A DNA stretch of 64,000 bases from a virus (taxonomy: Duplodnaviria > Caudoviricetes), in the IMG/VR virus record IMGVR_UViG_3300042558_004043; one strand, given 5' to 3'. Numbering within the stretch: position 1 is the first letter of the stretch; every line of letters starts with the position of its first letter. The notes under the pieces were generated by a model. It was given only the letters and a program-made list of their open reading frames with translations, did no database searches and had not been told where the DNA came from. Shown here piece by piece: positions 39,757 to 50,700 of this stretch. A program made the translations under genes and the position numbers.

Positions 39757-42700
39757 ATGGCTTCTAACAGTAAAGTATTCGTATCTCCCGGGGTTTATAC
39801 CTCTGAGGTCGATTTGAGTTTTGTATCACAAAGTGTTGGTGTTACAACTCTAGGTATTGTTGGTGAAACTTTAAAGGGTCCGGCTTTTGAGCCAATCTTT
39901 ATTACCAACTTTGATGAATTCACCACCTATTTTGGTGGAACTTCACCTGAAAAATTTATAAACACACAAATCCCAAAATATGAGGCCGCGTATATTGCTA
40001 AGGCTTATTTACAACAATCTAATCAATTGTTTGTAACTAGAATTTTAGGTCTATCAGGTTATGATGCTGGTCCATCATGGTCTATAAGAGTTAAGGCAAA
40101 CGTTGACCCTTCAACTGTTGGTTTTAATTGTATAGCATTCGATGGCCCTGATTTATCAACGGGTTGTGCGATTGAATGTATTCAGTATGAACAATATGAT
40201 TATAATATTATTTTTACAGGATGTAACAATGGTATTTCATCTATATCATTTACAGATACTACAGGGTCACCTGATATTCTTTTAGAAAGATTAGACTTAC
40301 CTTACGAACAATTTGATGGTGGTGTTTCATCACTCAGAACTGATTTATTGAATCAAATTAATAATGTTATAGATGATAATGATTTACAATATTATCAAAT
40401 GAATGTTTATGGTGCCGTTCCACAATCTATAATAACAGATTTTGAAAGTTACGGTTACACGTCATTTACAAATGTTTTTGAAGTTGACGATTATATTTAC
40501 GAAACCGCCAACTTTACAGATGCTAATAATGACCCTTGGTATTATGCTATGTTTGATAATAATGGAAACTCGGTATATACCGGTTCTTCATTTTATTCTT
40601 ATTTATCAATTACAAATTCTACATCTTCTTCTAATTGTGCAACTTTTTACAATTATAGTGTTTATGGAGTTAATGGTGTTATAAATTATAATACAAATAC
40701 TATTAATGTGGTATTACCATATTCCGCGTTTTCAGGAGTTAATCTTTCGACAATTATAAGTGATTTCAGCGCTTGTACCGCAAATGTAACGGTTAATGGT
40801 TTACCTCAAGAAACTGCAAATACTGAAAATGATTTTTCATTTGGTCCTATAACTTATGTTTTAGTATCTGAAGATACAGGAACTACAACAAACTGGACAG
40901 TTTCAGTAACTGTTCAAAATCCTTGTGACCCATTGACTTCAGGTAATACTGGTTCAGAAAATGTTGGTGAAATATTACAATGTTACACAGGTTCCGTTGT
41001 AGGTAGAATATACGTTTACTCAGGAACTGCTTTTACAAATTATGATGATTTAGTTATAGCAACACTTCGTTCAAGAGGATTGGCAACATATTCTTCAGAT
41101 AATGGTGCGGTATATGAGGTTCCAGATTTAAGTGGTGTTACTTTAAATTGTACAGGTGCGTATTCAGGTGTTACCAAAAACCCATATTTAACATTTGGAG
41201 TTAATGTAACAAGTAAAGATGGAGATGTATATTTCTTTGAAACTTCATTAACAAATTCAGATACAGAATATATAACTAAAGTTTTTGGAACAACTAATTT
41301 TTCAAAACCTAGAACTGTTGTCCCTCTTTTTGTTGAAGAAAAATATCAACTTCTTTTGAACTATGGTTATAGAAAAGGTTATATTAGAGGTTTAGATTGT
41401 GAATTAATTTCTCTACCTGATGCAAGACAAGGGTTCGACCCAACTTCAATCGGATGGTATTTAGAACAATATCAATCACCAACATCTCCATGGGTTGTTT
41501 CTGAACTTAGAGGTAATAAAGTTTATAACTTATTTAAGTTTACAACAATTGCCGATGGTAATGACGCAAATACCGAAGTTAAAATTTCTATAGCTAACAT
41601 GTCATTTGGTAATGGAACATTCGATGTTTTAGTTAGAGATTTCTATGATTCAGACGCAAATCCAATTGTAATTGAGAAATTTACAAATTGTTCAATGGAC
41701 CCAAATGATAATAGTTTTATTGCTAAAAAAATTGGTACTAAAGACGGTGAATATCAATTAAACTCTAAGTATGTTATGTTAGAAATAAATGAGGACGCTC
41801 CAATAGACGCGTTACCTTGTGGATTCTTAGGTTACAATATGAGAGAATATGCGGGAGCTCGTCCACCGTTCCCAATCTACAAAACAAAATACGATTTCCC
41901 TGGTGAAGTAATTTATGACCCTCCATTTGGTTTGGCAACAGGTGGTAATGATGCGATTACTTCTGGTGGTGATAATGTCCGTAGAACTTACTTGGGTATT
42001 TCCGACACTATAGGTATTGATGTTGATTTTTATCAATATAAAGGAAAACAAACTCCTCTTAATATTTGTACAGATACTACGGGTGATGAGTGGGCTTATA
42101 GAACTAGAGGTTTTCATATGGACGTAAACGCAAGTGCTATTACAATAGGTAATGGATTTGCAACTTCAGGTGAACCGACCTTCTATGTTGGTTCTGCATC
42201 ATTCACTAGCGACCCTGATAATGAAACAAATCCATATTACAGAATATACGCTCGTAAATTCTCATTGTTATGTCAAGGTGGTTTTGACGGATGGGATATC
42301 TATAGAGAATACAGAACAAACGCCGACAGATTTGTATTAGGAAAGAGTGGTTATTTGAGAGGAGCGTGTGCTGACACAAGATACCCTAACGCAACTGGAT
42401 GGGGAGCGTTTAAACAAATTTCAGTTGGTGATAACACAATGGATTATGGTAATAGTGACTATTACGCTTATTTATTAGGTCAAAAATCATTCTCTAATCC
42501 TGAAGCGGTTAATATTAACGTATTTGTAACGCCTGGTATTGATTATGTTAATCATTCTAATTTGGTAGAAGCGGCTGTAGAAATGATAGAGTTTGACAGA
42601 GCAGATTCTTTGTATATTACAACTACTCCTGACTATAACATGTTCTCATCAACTGCAGGTGAACCAACTGAATTAATTTACCCACAAGAAGCGGTTGATA

Positions 42701-43344
42701 ACTTAGAGACCGCGGGATTAGATTCTAACTACACTTGTACTTATTACCCATGGGTATTAACGAGAGATACGGTTAACAATACTCAAATTTACATTCCTGC
42801 GACTGCTGAAGTTACTAAAAACTTGGCGTTAACTGATAACATCGCGTTCCCTTGGTTCGCGGCGGCTGGCTACACTCGTGGTATAGTAAACGCTATCAAA
42901 GCTCGTAAGAAACTAACTCAAGAGGATAGAGACACTCTTTATCAAGGTAGAATTAACCCAATTGCAACCTTCTCTGATGTAGGAACTGTAATTTGGGGTA
43001 ATAAAACTTTACAAATTAGACAGTCGGCTCTTGACAGAATTAACGTTAGAAGATTGTTATTACAAGCTCGTAAGTTGATTTCAGCAGTTTCTGTTAGATT
43101 GTTATTTGAACAAAATGACCAAAAGGTTAGACAAGATTTCTTGGACGCGGTTAATCCAATCTTAGATGCTATTAGAAGAGACAGAGGTTTATACGATTTC
43201 CGTGTAACAGTTTCTTCAGATGTTGCTGACTTAGATAGAAACCAAATGACAGGTAAAATCTACATTAAACCTACAAGGTCTCTTGAATTTATAGATATAA
43301 CATTCTACATAACCCCAACAGGTGCGTCGTTTGAAAATATCTAA
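39757..43344 (+). CDS. Tail sheath protein (gp18-like), enlarged
   Basis: VSPGVYTSEVDLS, TYYPWV, PWFAAAGYTRG, INPI, VIWGNKTL, RINVRRLL. Confidence 0.95.
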   Translation: MASNSKVFVSPGVYTSEVDLSFVSQSVGVTTLGIVGETLKGPAFEPIFITNFDEFTTYFGGTSPEKFINTQIPKYEAAYIAKAYLQQSNQLFVTRILGLSGYDAGPSWSIRVKANVDPSTVGFNCIAFDGPDLSTGCAIECIQYEQYDYNIIFTGCNNGISSISFTDTTGSPDILLERLDLPYEQFDGGVSSLRTDLLNQINNVIDDNDLQYYQMNVYGAVPQSIITDFESYGYTSFTNVFEVDDYIYETANFTDANNDPWYYAMFDNNGNSVYTGSSFYSYLSITNSTSSSNCATFYNYSVYGVNGVINYNTNTINVVLPYSAFSGVNLSTIISDFSACTANVTVNGLPQETANTENDFSFGPITYVLVSEDTGTTTNWTVSVTVQNPCDPLTSGNTGSENVGEILQCYTGSVVGRIYVYSGTAFTNYDDLVIATLRSRGLATYSSDNGAVYEVPDLSGVTLNCTGAYSGVTKNPYLTFGVNVTSKDGDVYFFETSLTNSDTEYITKVFGTTNFSKPRTVVPLFVEEKYQLLLNYGYRKGYIRGLDCELISLPDARQGFDPTSIGWYLEQYQSPTSPWVVSELRGNKVYNLFKFTTIADGNDANTEVKISIANMSFGNGTFDVLVRDFYDSDANPIVIEKFTNCSMDPNDNSFIAKKIGTKDGEYQLNSKYVMLEINEDAPIDALPCGFLGYNMREYAGARPPFPIYKTKYDFPGEVIYDPPFGLATGGNDAITSGGDNVRRTYLGISDTIGIDVDFYQYKGKQTPLNICTDTTGDEWAYRTRGFHMDVNASAITIGNGFATSGEPTFYVGSASFTSDPDNETNPYYRIYARKFSLLCQGGFDGWDIYREYRTNADRFVLGKSGYLRGACADTRYPNATGWGAFKQISVGDNTMDYGNSDYYAYLLGQKSFSNPEAVNINVFVTPGIDYVNHSNLVEAAVEMIEFDRADSLYITTTPDYNMFSSTAGEPTELIYPQEAVDNLETAGLDSNYTCTYYPWVLTRDTVNNTQIYIPATAEVTKNLALTDNIAFPWFAAAGYTRGIVNAIKARKKLTQEDRDTLYQGRINPIATFSDVGTVIWGNKTLQIRQSALDRINVRRLLLQARKLISAVSVRLLFEQNDQKVRQDFLDAVNPILDAIRRDRGLYDFRVTVSSDVADLDRNQMTGKIYIKPTRSLEFIDITFYITPTGASFENI

Positions 43345-43355
43345 TCAATAATATA

Positions 43356-43383
43356 AGACAGGTCGGCAAAAGTCGGCCTGTCT
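43356..43383 (+). terminator. Intrinsic terminator after sheath
   Basis: AGACAGGTCGGC-AAAA-GTCGGCCTGTCT, 12 bp stem with two G-U pairs, T-rich tail. Confidence 0.75.
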
Positions 43384-43401
43384 TTATATTTATTTAATAT
43401 T

Positions 43402-44220
43402 ATGAGATTAAAATCAGTTAACGAAGGAATTACAGAAACCGGAACTCCGGACATGAAGTATTATGCATTTGATTGGGATGACAATATTTTGATAATGCCA
43501 ACAAAAATAATTCTTAAAGATAACAAGAATGATGAAGTTGGAATGTCTACCGAAGATTTTGCGGAATATAGAATGAAAATTGGTAAAGAACCTTTTGAAT
43601 ATAATGGACATAACATTGTAGGGTTTGCTGAAAATCCATTTAGGTATTTTAGTGTGGAAGGAGATAAACAGTTTATAATTGATTCTCTATTAGGAAAACC
43701 AGGTCCTGCTTGGTCTGATTTTGTAGAGTCTATTAATAACGGTTCTATTTTTTCAATCGTGACCGCTAGAGGACATACACCTGAAGTTATGAAAGAGTCA
43801 GTTTACAATATGATAATTTCAAACCATATGGGTATAGATTCTAATGAACTTCTAAAAAATTTAGAAAAATTTAGAGACATAGAAGGTATTGGTAAATCAT
43901 CAAAAAAAGAAATGATAAAAGAATACTTAAATATGTGTCGGTTTTACCCTGTAACTTATGGTAAAGGAAGTGCGGTTAGTCCCGAAGAAGGAAAAATTAA
44001 AGCTTTAAATGAATTTGTGGGATATGTTAAAAGAATCTCTAAACACATAGAGAAAAAGGCATATTTAAAGAATAGAATATCAAATAATTTTGTACCTACA
44101 ATTGGATTTTCTGATGATGACCTAATGAATTTGGAAAAAGTTAAAAGTCATTTTGAAAATGAACCAGATAATATAATTAAAACGATTTCAACTGCAGGAG
44201 GAGTAAAAAAACCTTATTAA
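43402..44220 (+). CDS. HAD-superfamily hydrolase-like protein
   Basis: YAFDWDDNI (DxD), IVTARGH, GFSDDD..N. Confidence 0.65.
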   Translation: MRLKSVNEGITETGTPDMKYYAFDWDDNILIMPTKIILKDNKNDEVGMSTEDFAEYRMKIGKEPFEYNGHNIVGFAENPFRYFSVEGDKQFIIDSLLGKPGPAWSDFVESINNGSIFSIVTARGHTPEVMKESVYNMIISNHMGIDSNELLKNLEKFRDIEGIGKSSKKEMIKEYLNMCRFYPVTYGKGSAVSPEEGKIKALNEFVGYVKRISKHIEKKAYLKNRISNNFVPTIGFSDDDLMNLEKVKSHFENEPDNIIKTISTAGGVKKPY

Positions 44221-44337
44221 TTATTTACTAGTGATTTATAACTAGAAGTTATTTGAAAAAACCCAAAAGTAAATAGAAAAAAATTATTATTAGATATTTA
44301 TAAATAAAAAGAATAAAAAATTTAAAACAAAAATACA

Positions 44338-44826
44338 ATGGCTGATTTATTAATGAAAATGCCCATACCTTATGAACCCAAAAGGAATAACCGATTTATT
44401 TTACGTTTTCCTTCTACATTAGGTATAAACGAGTGGTTCGTTGAATCTGCCGCTCGACCACATATTACGATTGTTAGTACTGAGATTCCATTCTTAAATA
44501 CCTCAACTTATGTTGCTGGTCGTTTTACATGGGGAGCTCTTAATGTAACTTTTAGAGACCCTATTGGTCCTTCCGCTTCACAAGCTCTAATGGAATGGGT
44601 TCGTTTATGTGCCGAATCAGTTACAGGTCGTATGGGTTATGCTGCAGGGTATAAAAAAAATGTTGACATTGAAATGTTAGACCCAACAGGAGTCGTGGTT
44701 GAAAAATGGATATTGGAAGGAACTTGGATGATGGACGTAAACTTTAATGCATTGAGTTATTCTGACGATAAAGTTTCAACAATCACCGCTCAACTTAGAA
44801 TGGACCGTTGTATCTTGGTTTATTAA
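44338..44826 (+). CDS. Tail tube protein (gp19-like)
   Basis: EPKRNNRF, YVAGRFTW, GYAAGYKK, LDPTGVVVEKWILEGTW. Confidence 0.9.
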   Translation: MADLLMKMPIPYEPKRNNRFILRFPSTLGINEWFVESAARPHITIVSTEIPFLNTSTYVAGRFTWGALNVTFRDPIGPSASQALMEWVRLCAESVTGRMGYAAGYKKNVDIEMLDPTGVVVEKWILEGTWMMDVNFNALSYSDDKVSTITAQLRMDRCILVY

Positions 44827-44834
44827 GATTATAC

Positions 44835-44875
44835 TTTACAATATTATATAAATCCCATATTATTAATATGGGATT
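44835..44875 (+). promoter_or_regulatory. sigma70-like promoter overlapped by a perfect inverted repeat (terminator and/or operator)
   Basis: TTTACA-N17-TATTAT (44835-44863); AATCCCATATT-ATT-AATATGGGATT (44851-44875) followed by TTTT. Confidence 0.55.
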
Positions 44876-44886
44876 TTTTGTTTATT

Positions 44887-45012
44887 ATGGAAAACAATAC
44901 AGGATTTACATGTAATACTTGTGGTAAAGTTTTTGAAACTGAAGAAGAGTTTCTTAATCGACATAAAAAAAATTCCGAAAATCAACCGAAAGATAATCTA
45001 AATAAGGAATAA
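44887..45012 (+). CDS. 41 aa C2H2-like zinc-finger peptide (not in ORF track)
   Basis: MENNTGFTCNTCGKVFETEEEFLNRHKKNSENQPKDNLNKE; stop 1 nt before the chaperone ATG. Confidence 0.6.
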   Translation: MENNTGFTCNTCGKVFETEEEFLNRHKKNSENQPKDNLNKE

Positions 45013-45013
45013 A

Positions 45014-45769
45014 ATGGACCCAAGTCTTTTAAACGCCGCTACAGAAAATTTTAATCTACCTCATGACATGGTAGTACTTCCAACTGGAGGTATATTTTAT
45101 AAATCTAAAAAAAAGTCTATCAAAGTTGGGTATCTAACCGCTAGTGATGAGAATTATTTAATGTCAGGACTTGGTAATAGAGAAAATATAATTATGACTC
45201 TATTACGAAATAAAATTTACGAACATGATTTAAGACCTGACGAGTTATTAGAAGAAGACATTCAGGCAATTCTTTTATTTTTAAGGAATACATCTTTTGG
45301 TTCCGAATATATAGTAAACTTAGACGACCCCAGAACTGGAAAACAATTCGAAGAATCTATCATACTTGACGAAATTAGTATAAAAAAAGGATTGGTACAA
45401 CCAAATGAGGATGGAACTTTTACTACTAAATTACCTGTGTCAGGTGCAAATGTAAAAATAAGACCATTAGCTTTTGGTGAACTATTTGATATAGACAAAA
45501 TTGTTGAGAATTATCCTAAAGGTAGAGTCGCTCCAAAAGTAACTTTGAAATTACAAAAACAAATCGTGGAATTGGAAGGACAAAATGATTTAGGTAAAAT
45601 TAGTTTGTTTGTAGACCAATTACCTATCGGTGATTCGAAATATATTAGAAAGTTTTTAAAGGACAACGTGCCATCATTAGATTTAAACAAGAAAGTAACT
45701 ACCCCATCAGGAGAAAAGATAGATGTTGACATCGTCTTTGGGGTCGAATTTTTTCGCCCTTTCTTCTAA
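45014..45769 (+). CDS. Baseplate hub/tail assembly chaperone (T4 gp26-like)
   Basis: VVLPTGG, YLTASDEN, DIQAILLFLRNTSFG, C-terminal GVEFFRP; directly upstream of tape measure. Confidence 0.75.
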   Translation: MDPSLLNAATENFNLPHDMVVLPTGGIFYKSKKKSIKVGYLTASDENYLMSGLGNRENIIMTLLRNKIYEHDLRPDELLEEDIQAILLFLRNTSFGSEYIVNLDDPRTGKQFEESIILDEISIKKGLVQPNEDGTFTTKLPVSGANVKIRPLAFGELFDIDKIVENYPKGRVAPKVTLKLQKQIVELEGQNDLGKISLFVDQLPIGDSKYIRKFLKDNVPSLDLNKKVTTPSGEKIDVDIVFGVEFFRPFF

Positions 45770-45911
45770 CTATAGAATTTCTTTAGCGAACGAGTATATA
45801 ATTCTATCAAAAAATCTACATACGTCATATTCAGATTTTTTGATTATGCCAACTTATTTTAGAAAATATTTGATTGATAAGGTTATCGAGATTAACACAC
45901 CTAAAACCTAA
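45723..45911 (+). CDS. gp51-like chaperone extension in the +1 frame (own ATG or frameshift product)
   Basis: LANEYIILSKNLHTSYSDFLIMPTYFRKYLIDKVIE resembles the T4-like gp51 pattern. Confidence 0.55.
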   Translation: MLTSSLGSNFFALSSNYRISLANEYIILSKNLHTSYSDFLIMPTYFRKYLIDKVIEINTPKT

Positions 45912-45941
45912 TTCAAAATATTTATAAAATAAATTTAGATT

Positions 45942-47753
45942 ATGATGATGGCAACTACTGCAGAAACCGTACAAGATTTTTATGATTTTATATCAACTTT
46001 AGGAAAAAAAAGTGTTGAAACTTTTACAGAGAGTTTTGTACCCGGACTAAAATCAATTTTAAATACTGTACAAGAAGTTGATGCTCAGGCGGTTGCAGTT
46101 GCAAAATCATTTGGACAAGGAAGAGAGAATATTTTGTCAATCAAAACATCTTTGGTTGATGCAGCTTCTTCCGTTGAAGCTTTGGGTGGTAAATTTTCTG
46201 ATGTCGCGGATATTCAAACCAGTCTAGTTAAAAGTTTAAATAGAGCGGTTTTGTTAAGTTCCGATTCATACGAAAGTATTTTTGCAACTATAAAAGTAAC
46301 TGGCCAAGAAGCGGGTACTTTATTTACTCAGTTCAAAAATATAGGAGTATCGGCATATGGTGTTGCTGATGGGATGCAAAAAATTGTTGATACCGCAAGA
46401 CAACAGGGATTAAGTGTGGAGGCGGTGAGTAAACAAGCCGTTGATAACATGGAATCTATGAATAAGTATAACTTTCAAGGAGGTGTTGACGGATTGGCTA
46501 AAATGGCGGCCCAAGCAACTAGTTTAAGAATTGATATGGCAACTACTCTTAATTTTTCAAATGATTTATATAAGCCCGAAAAGGCGATTGAAATGTCAGC
46601 AGCACTCCAAAGACTTGGGGTTACTCAGTCTGAATTATTGGACCCATTAAGATTAATGGATTTATCTATTAATGACCCAACAGAACTTCAAAATCAATTA
46701 GTACAAATGACTCAACAATTTGTAACTATGAATGAGGCCGGACAATTTGAGATTGCGCCTGAGGGAAAACTTAGAATGAGAGAATTACAAGAAGCCACTG
46801 GAATTGCGTATGGAGAGTTAACAAAAATGGCTTTAGGTGGTGCCGAATTAGAAAATAAGTTATCTAAGATAAGATTTCCTGAGTTTATGACTGATGACCA
46901 GCAAAAAATGATTGCAAACCTTGCTGAAATGAAGGATGGTGAATATGTTGTAACAATTGATGGTAAAGCAGAAAGTTTAGAAGATTTATTATCTAGAACT
47001 GATAGTACTGCAGAACTTGAAAAAATTCTTGATGCCGCCAAACCTAAAACTATGGAAGATTTGGCATCCGAACAATTGGATATGCAAAAAAGTATGGAAG
47101 CTAGTATGGCGAAAATCGCTAATAGAACATCAAGAGCACTGGCAACATCAAATATCATTGAAGAATTAGGAAATGCGACTAGAGAAGGATACAAGGGATT
47201 GACAGATATTATAACTGAAAGGGATGTTATGTCGGCAAAAAGTATTAGAGAATTAATAAATGTTAATGGGGAGGTTATTGGAGATGTTGCTGAAAAAATG
47301 TTTAAGGGAGAAGATGTTGATTTGGGAGGTGTTGTTGCTGAAATGGGTGAAAAATCTGGTGGCATTTTTGCAGAACAACTTGAAGGTTTGGGGATTAATT
47401 TTGCAGAACAAATTAAGGGGTTACAAGAATCTGATAATCGCGTTGCGGAAGTAATGTCATCACTTTATGAAAATTTAGCAGATGTTATTAAAGAAAAAAC
47501 TGGATATGATATAAGGCCGGCCGATACCATGAACAGAAATAGAACTGATACCACAACAAATCAACAAGATAGAACGCAAACACAAAATATAAATTCTACA
47601 TCAACTGTCGATGTTACTATAAAATTAGATGTTCCGGCAGGTATGTCAGAAAGTGAAGTCATAAACGCATTAAGAACTGAACAAATCAAACAAGAAATAG
47701 TAAAAATTGTTGAGGAGAAACATCCTGACCTCAAGTTAAAACCAGCGCAGTAA
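45942..47753 (+). CDS. Tape measure protein
   Basis: Ala/Gln/Met-rich helical composition; position after tube and chaperone. Confidence 0.75.
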   Translation: MMMATTAETVQDFYDFISTLGKKSVETFTESFVPGLKSILNTVQEVDAQAVAVAKSFGQGRENILSIKTSLVDAASSVEALGGKFSDVADIQTSLVKSLNRAVLLSSDSYESIFATIKVTGQEAGTLFTQFKNIGVSAYGVADGMQKIVDTARQQGLSVEAVSKQAVDNMESMNKYNFQGGVDGLAKMAAQATSLRIDMATTLNFSNDLYKPEKAIEMSAALQRLGVTQSELLDPLRLMDLSINDPTELQNQLVQMTQQFVTMNEAGQFEIAPEGKLRMRELQEATGIAYGELTKMALGGAELENKLSKIRFPEFMTDDQQKMIANLAEMKDGEYVVTIDGKAESLEDLLSRTDSTAELEKILDAAKPKTMEDLASEQLDMQKSMEASMAKIANRTSRALATSNIIEELGNATREGYKGLTDIITERDVMSAKSIRELINVNGEVIGDVAEKMFKGEDVDLGGVVAEMGEKSGGIFAEQLEGLGINFAEQIKGLQESDNRVAEVMSSLYENLADVIKEKTGYDIRPADTMNRNRTDTTTNQQDRTQTQNINSTSTVDVTIKLDVPAGMSESEVINALRTEQIKQEIVKIVEEKHPDLKLKPAQ

Positions 47754-47792
47754 AAAAAAACCTTTTATTGTATTTATATATAAAATGTTATA

Positions 47793-50700
47793 ATGTCAGA
47801 GAGCACTTTATCATTTGCATCTAGTGAATCTTTTCGTAAATCACTTATTGTAAGAAATTTACAACCGTATTCGGTTACGGGTGTTTATACTCCACCGGCT
47901 GGCGACATAACTTATGAGTATAATCAATCTGATTTTTCGGTTATTGATTCACCCGACAAATTGATTGCAAAAAATCCGTTTGTTAACAAACTATATCCTC
48001 TTAATGAATTTGGACCATCGGGTGGATTTGATTTTAATATTAATTATAACGGGTCATTAGTACCTGTAAAACCTTCAGGAGAACCTTATTATCCATTAAT
48101 TAATAGTCCCTTAATCGGGTTGAGTAATTATTGGTTAAATGAATTAGTTACGGGGCCTGCAAATCAGAACAGCTTCATACCCGACGGAGGATTTAAATTT
48201 TTATACGAGGTTGACGACTTACCTAATTTAAACAAATATTTTTCACCTTATTGGGACCCACCAACGTTTGTTCCGTCATTTTATAGTCCATATGAGATAT
48301 TAAGTTCATCTAACCCAGTTGGTTCTGACGGACCATTGTCACAAGATTCTTTTATTGCTCGTTTGGGAGCTCAAACATTAAGGGAACTTTTTGTTGAGAG
48401 AATTAATCTTGAAATTTATCAAAATACTGTAGGTGCGGTAAACTTGGCGAGTCTTCAGGACCCATTTGAAGCTAGTTTGTTAATAACAGGACAACAACCT
48501 TTAGTTTATAGAAATTGGAGAATCACTGTACCTGAAAATCCAATATTAGCGGTAGTTGATTTTGCAACAAGATTGGCTGGAGCTTATTGGCCCGTATCAC
48601 CGATACCTGGTGATTATTTTGATGAAAATACTAATGGTAATTTACAGACTAGTCAAACATCAACAGCGCTAAACGTAGTTAATAATTTAACGGGTGGGTT
48701 TTTAGGACCGATTTTAAATATAACTAGAAATCCATCTCAGATATTTTTAGCAAATACAGGAAACGGACAAAGGTCTGCATTATTCAATAATATAGATTAT
48801 AATAGATATAGACCGGCTTATGACAGAGGATTATTAGGTACCTTGGCTCAAGGATTAACAAATCTTTTAGCCTCGGCAATTAATCCGAATAATGGAACTT
48901 TGATAGGTGGTTATTATGTTGGAAGTAATACTTCAGAACCTTCACAAATAAACTCACCACCGAATCAGTTACCTATAAATCCTTACGGACAACAAGTTCA
49001 AACACCTGTTTATGGTCCATCTGAATTGGCAATTTTATATGAAGGAAACCAAGAAGTTCTTAATTTTGGATTAGCCGGCAAATCTTTATCCGATGGAGGA
49101 GGAATTGACGGTCAATTTGTTTGGACATCACCAAAATATAAAGGAAATGCGGGTTATAAACCTACACCAGGAGGAGGCACGGGAAGTTTAGATGAACAGT
49201 TCAATTTAGTTAGTGGTAATTACACTCGAGGTTCATCAACAAATGTTGATTTTAAGGATAATTCAATATTAGACCAAACTCAAAGGTTAATTGAATCTGC
49301 CGACTTAGTTGAAGGGATTGCCCGATTAAAACACGTAGGTAACGCAATCAATCAAGTTTCTAAAGTATTCAATGATGGATATAAAGAAATGACTAAAGGG
49401 TCTAAAGTTTTATCTTATGTTGATAATACAACTGGAACTCAAGCTGGTGTTGAGTATTGTAGAGTTTTTGCAAAAGATACACCATATTATACCTACTCTG
49501 ATTTACAAAAGACTGACGGAATTACTAATTCAGGGAGAAGGTTTTCATATTCCGTGTTAGATAACACCTTCAATTTGAATATTTCTCCAACCAAAAATCC
49601 TGGGTCAACAAATATTATTGCGGATGGAAATAACGGAACAGGTGGTTATGCTAAAAAATACATGTTCTCTATTGAAAATTTAGCTTGGAGAACATCCAGT
49701 AGACCTGGTTATACTTATGATGAACTTCCAACATGCGAGAAGGGACCAAACGGAGGTAGAGTTATGTGGTTTCCTCCATATGATTTAAAATTTAACGATA
49801 CAAGTAAACCAAGTTTTTCACCTACTTCATTTTTAGGTCGACCCGAACCAATTTATACATATAAAGATACTAGTCGTACTGGAAGTTTAAATTGGACTAT
49901 TATAGTTGACAGTCCTTCAATTATGAATTTAATTATTGAAAAACAATTGAAAGGTGCCGCCAAGGAAAGAGTTGATTCAATAATAGATTCCTTTTTTGCG
50001 GGGTGTGTGAAGTACGATATATATGAGTTAGCCCAAAAATTTAATACAATACCTGCCAAGGATTTATATACCTACCAAGAAATTTTGAATAATCCACAAT
50101 TAACCGAAGAAGAGGTTAATTTCGTGGTTGAATCAATACCTAAAGACCCTGAAGTTTGTACATCTGACGTTTGGGGTGACGTTCCTGAAACTAAAAAAGT
50201 GTCTAATGAGCCTGAATTAGAAGCATTTGCTGATACTTATACTAATTTGTCATTTTATTTTGATAATAATGTACCTGGACCTAATAATGGTACAACGTCA
50301 AATGAGGATTATTTGAGTGCTTACAACTCATATGTTAGTAATAAACAAGTTTACGGAGCTCAGGCTAATAATTTATTCAATACTGATGATTTTAATGGTA
50401 ATGTTCTTGATTTCTTTGATAATGTTATAACAAATAATTTTGAAAAAATTAATAGTGGTTCATCTTGTATGGTACAAGATTTATATAAGATATTATCAGA
50501 ACAAAAGGGAACTATTGTTATAACTTTAGAAGGAGCGGCGTCGGCTAAGGCAACGCCTGAATATAATCAAAAATTATCCGAAAGAAGAATTGATTCTGTA
50601 ATAAAATACTTACAAAACTATTCTGAAGGTGATGTTTCGTTTAAAAAATATTTAGAAGACGGTTCTTTAAAAATAAATTCGGCGGGAGGGTCTGGCGAAA

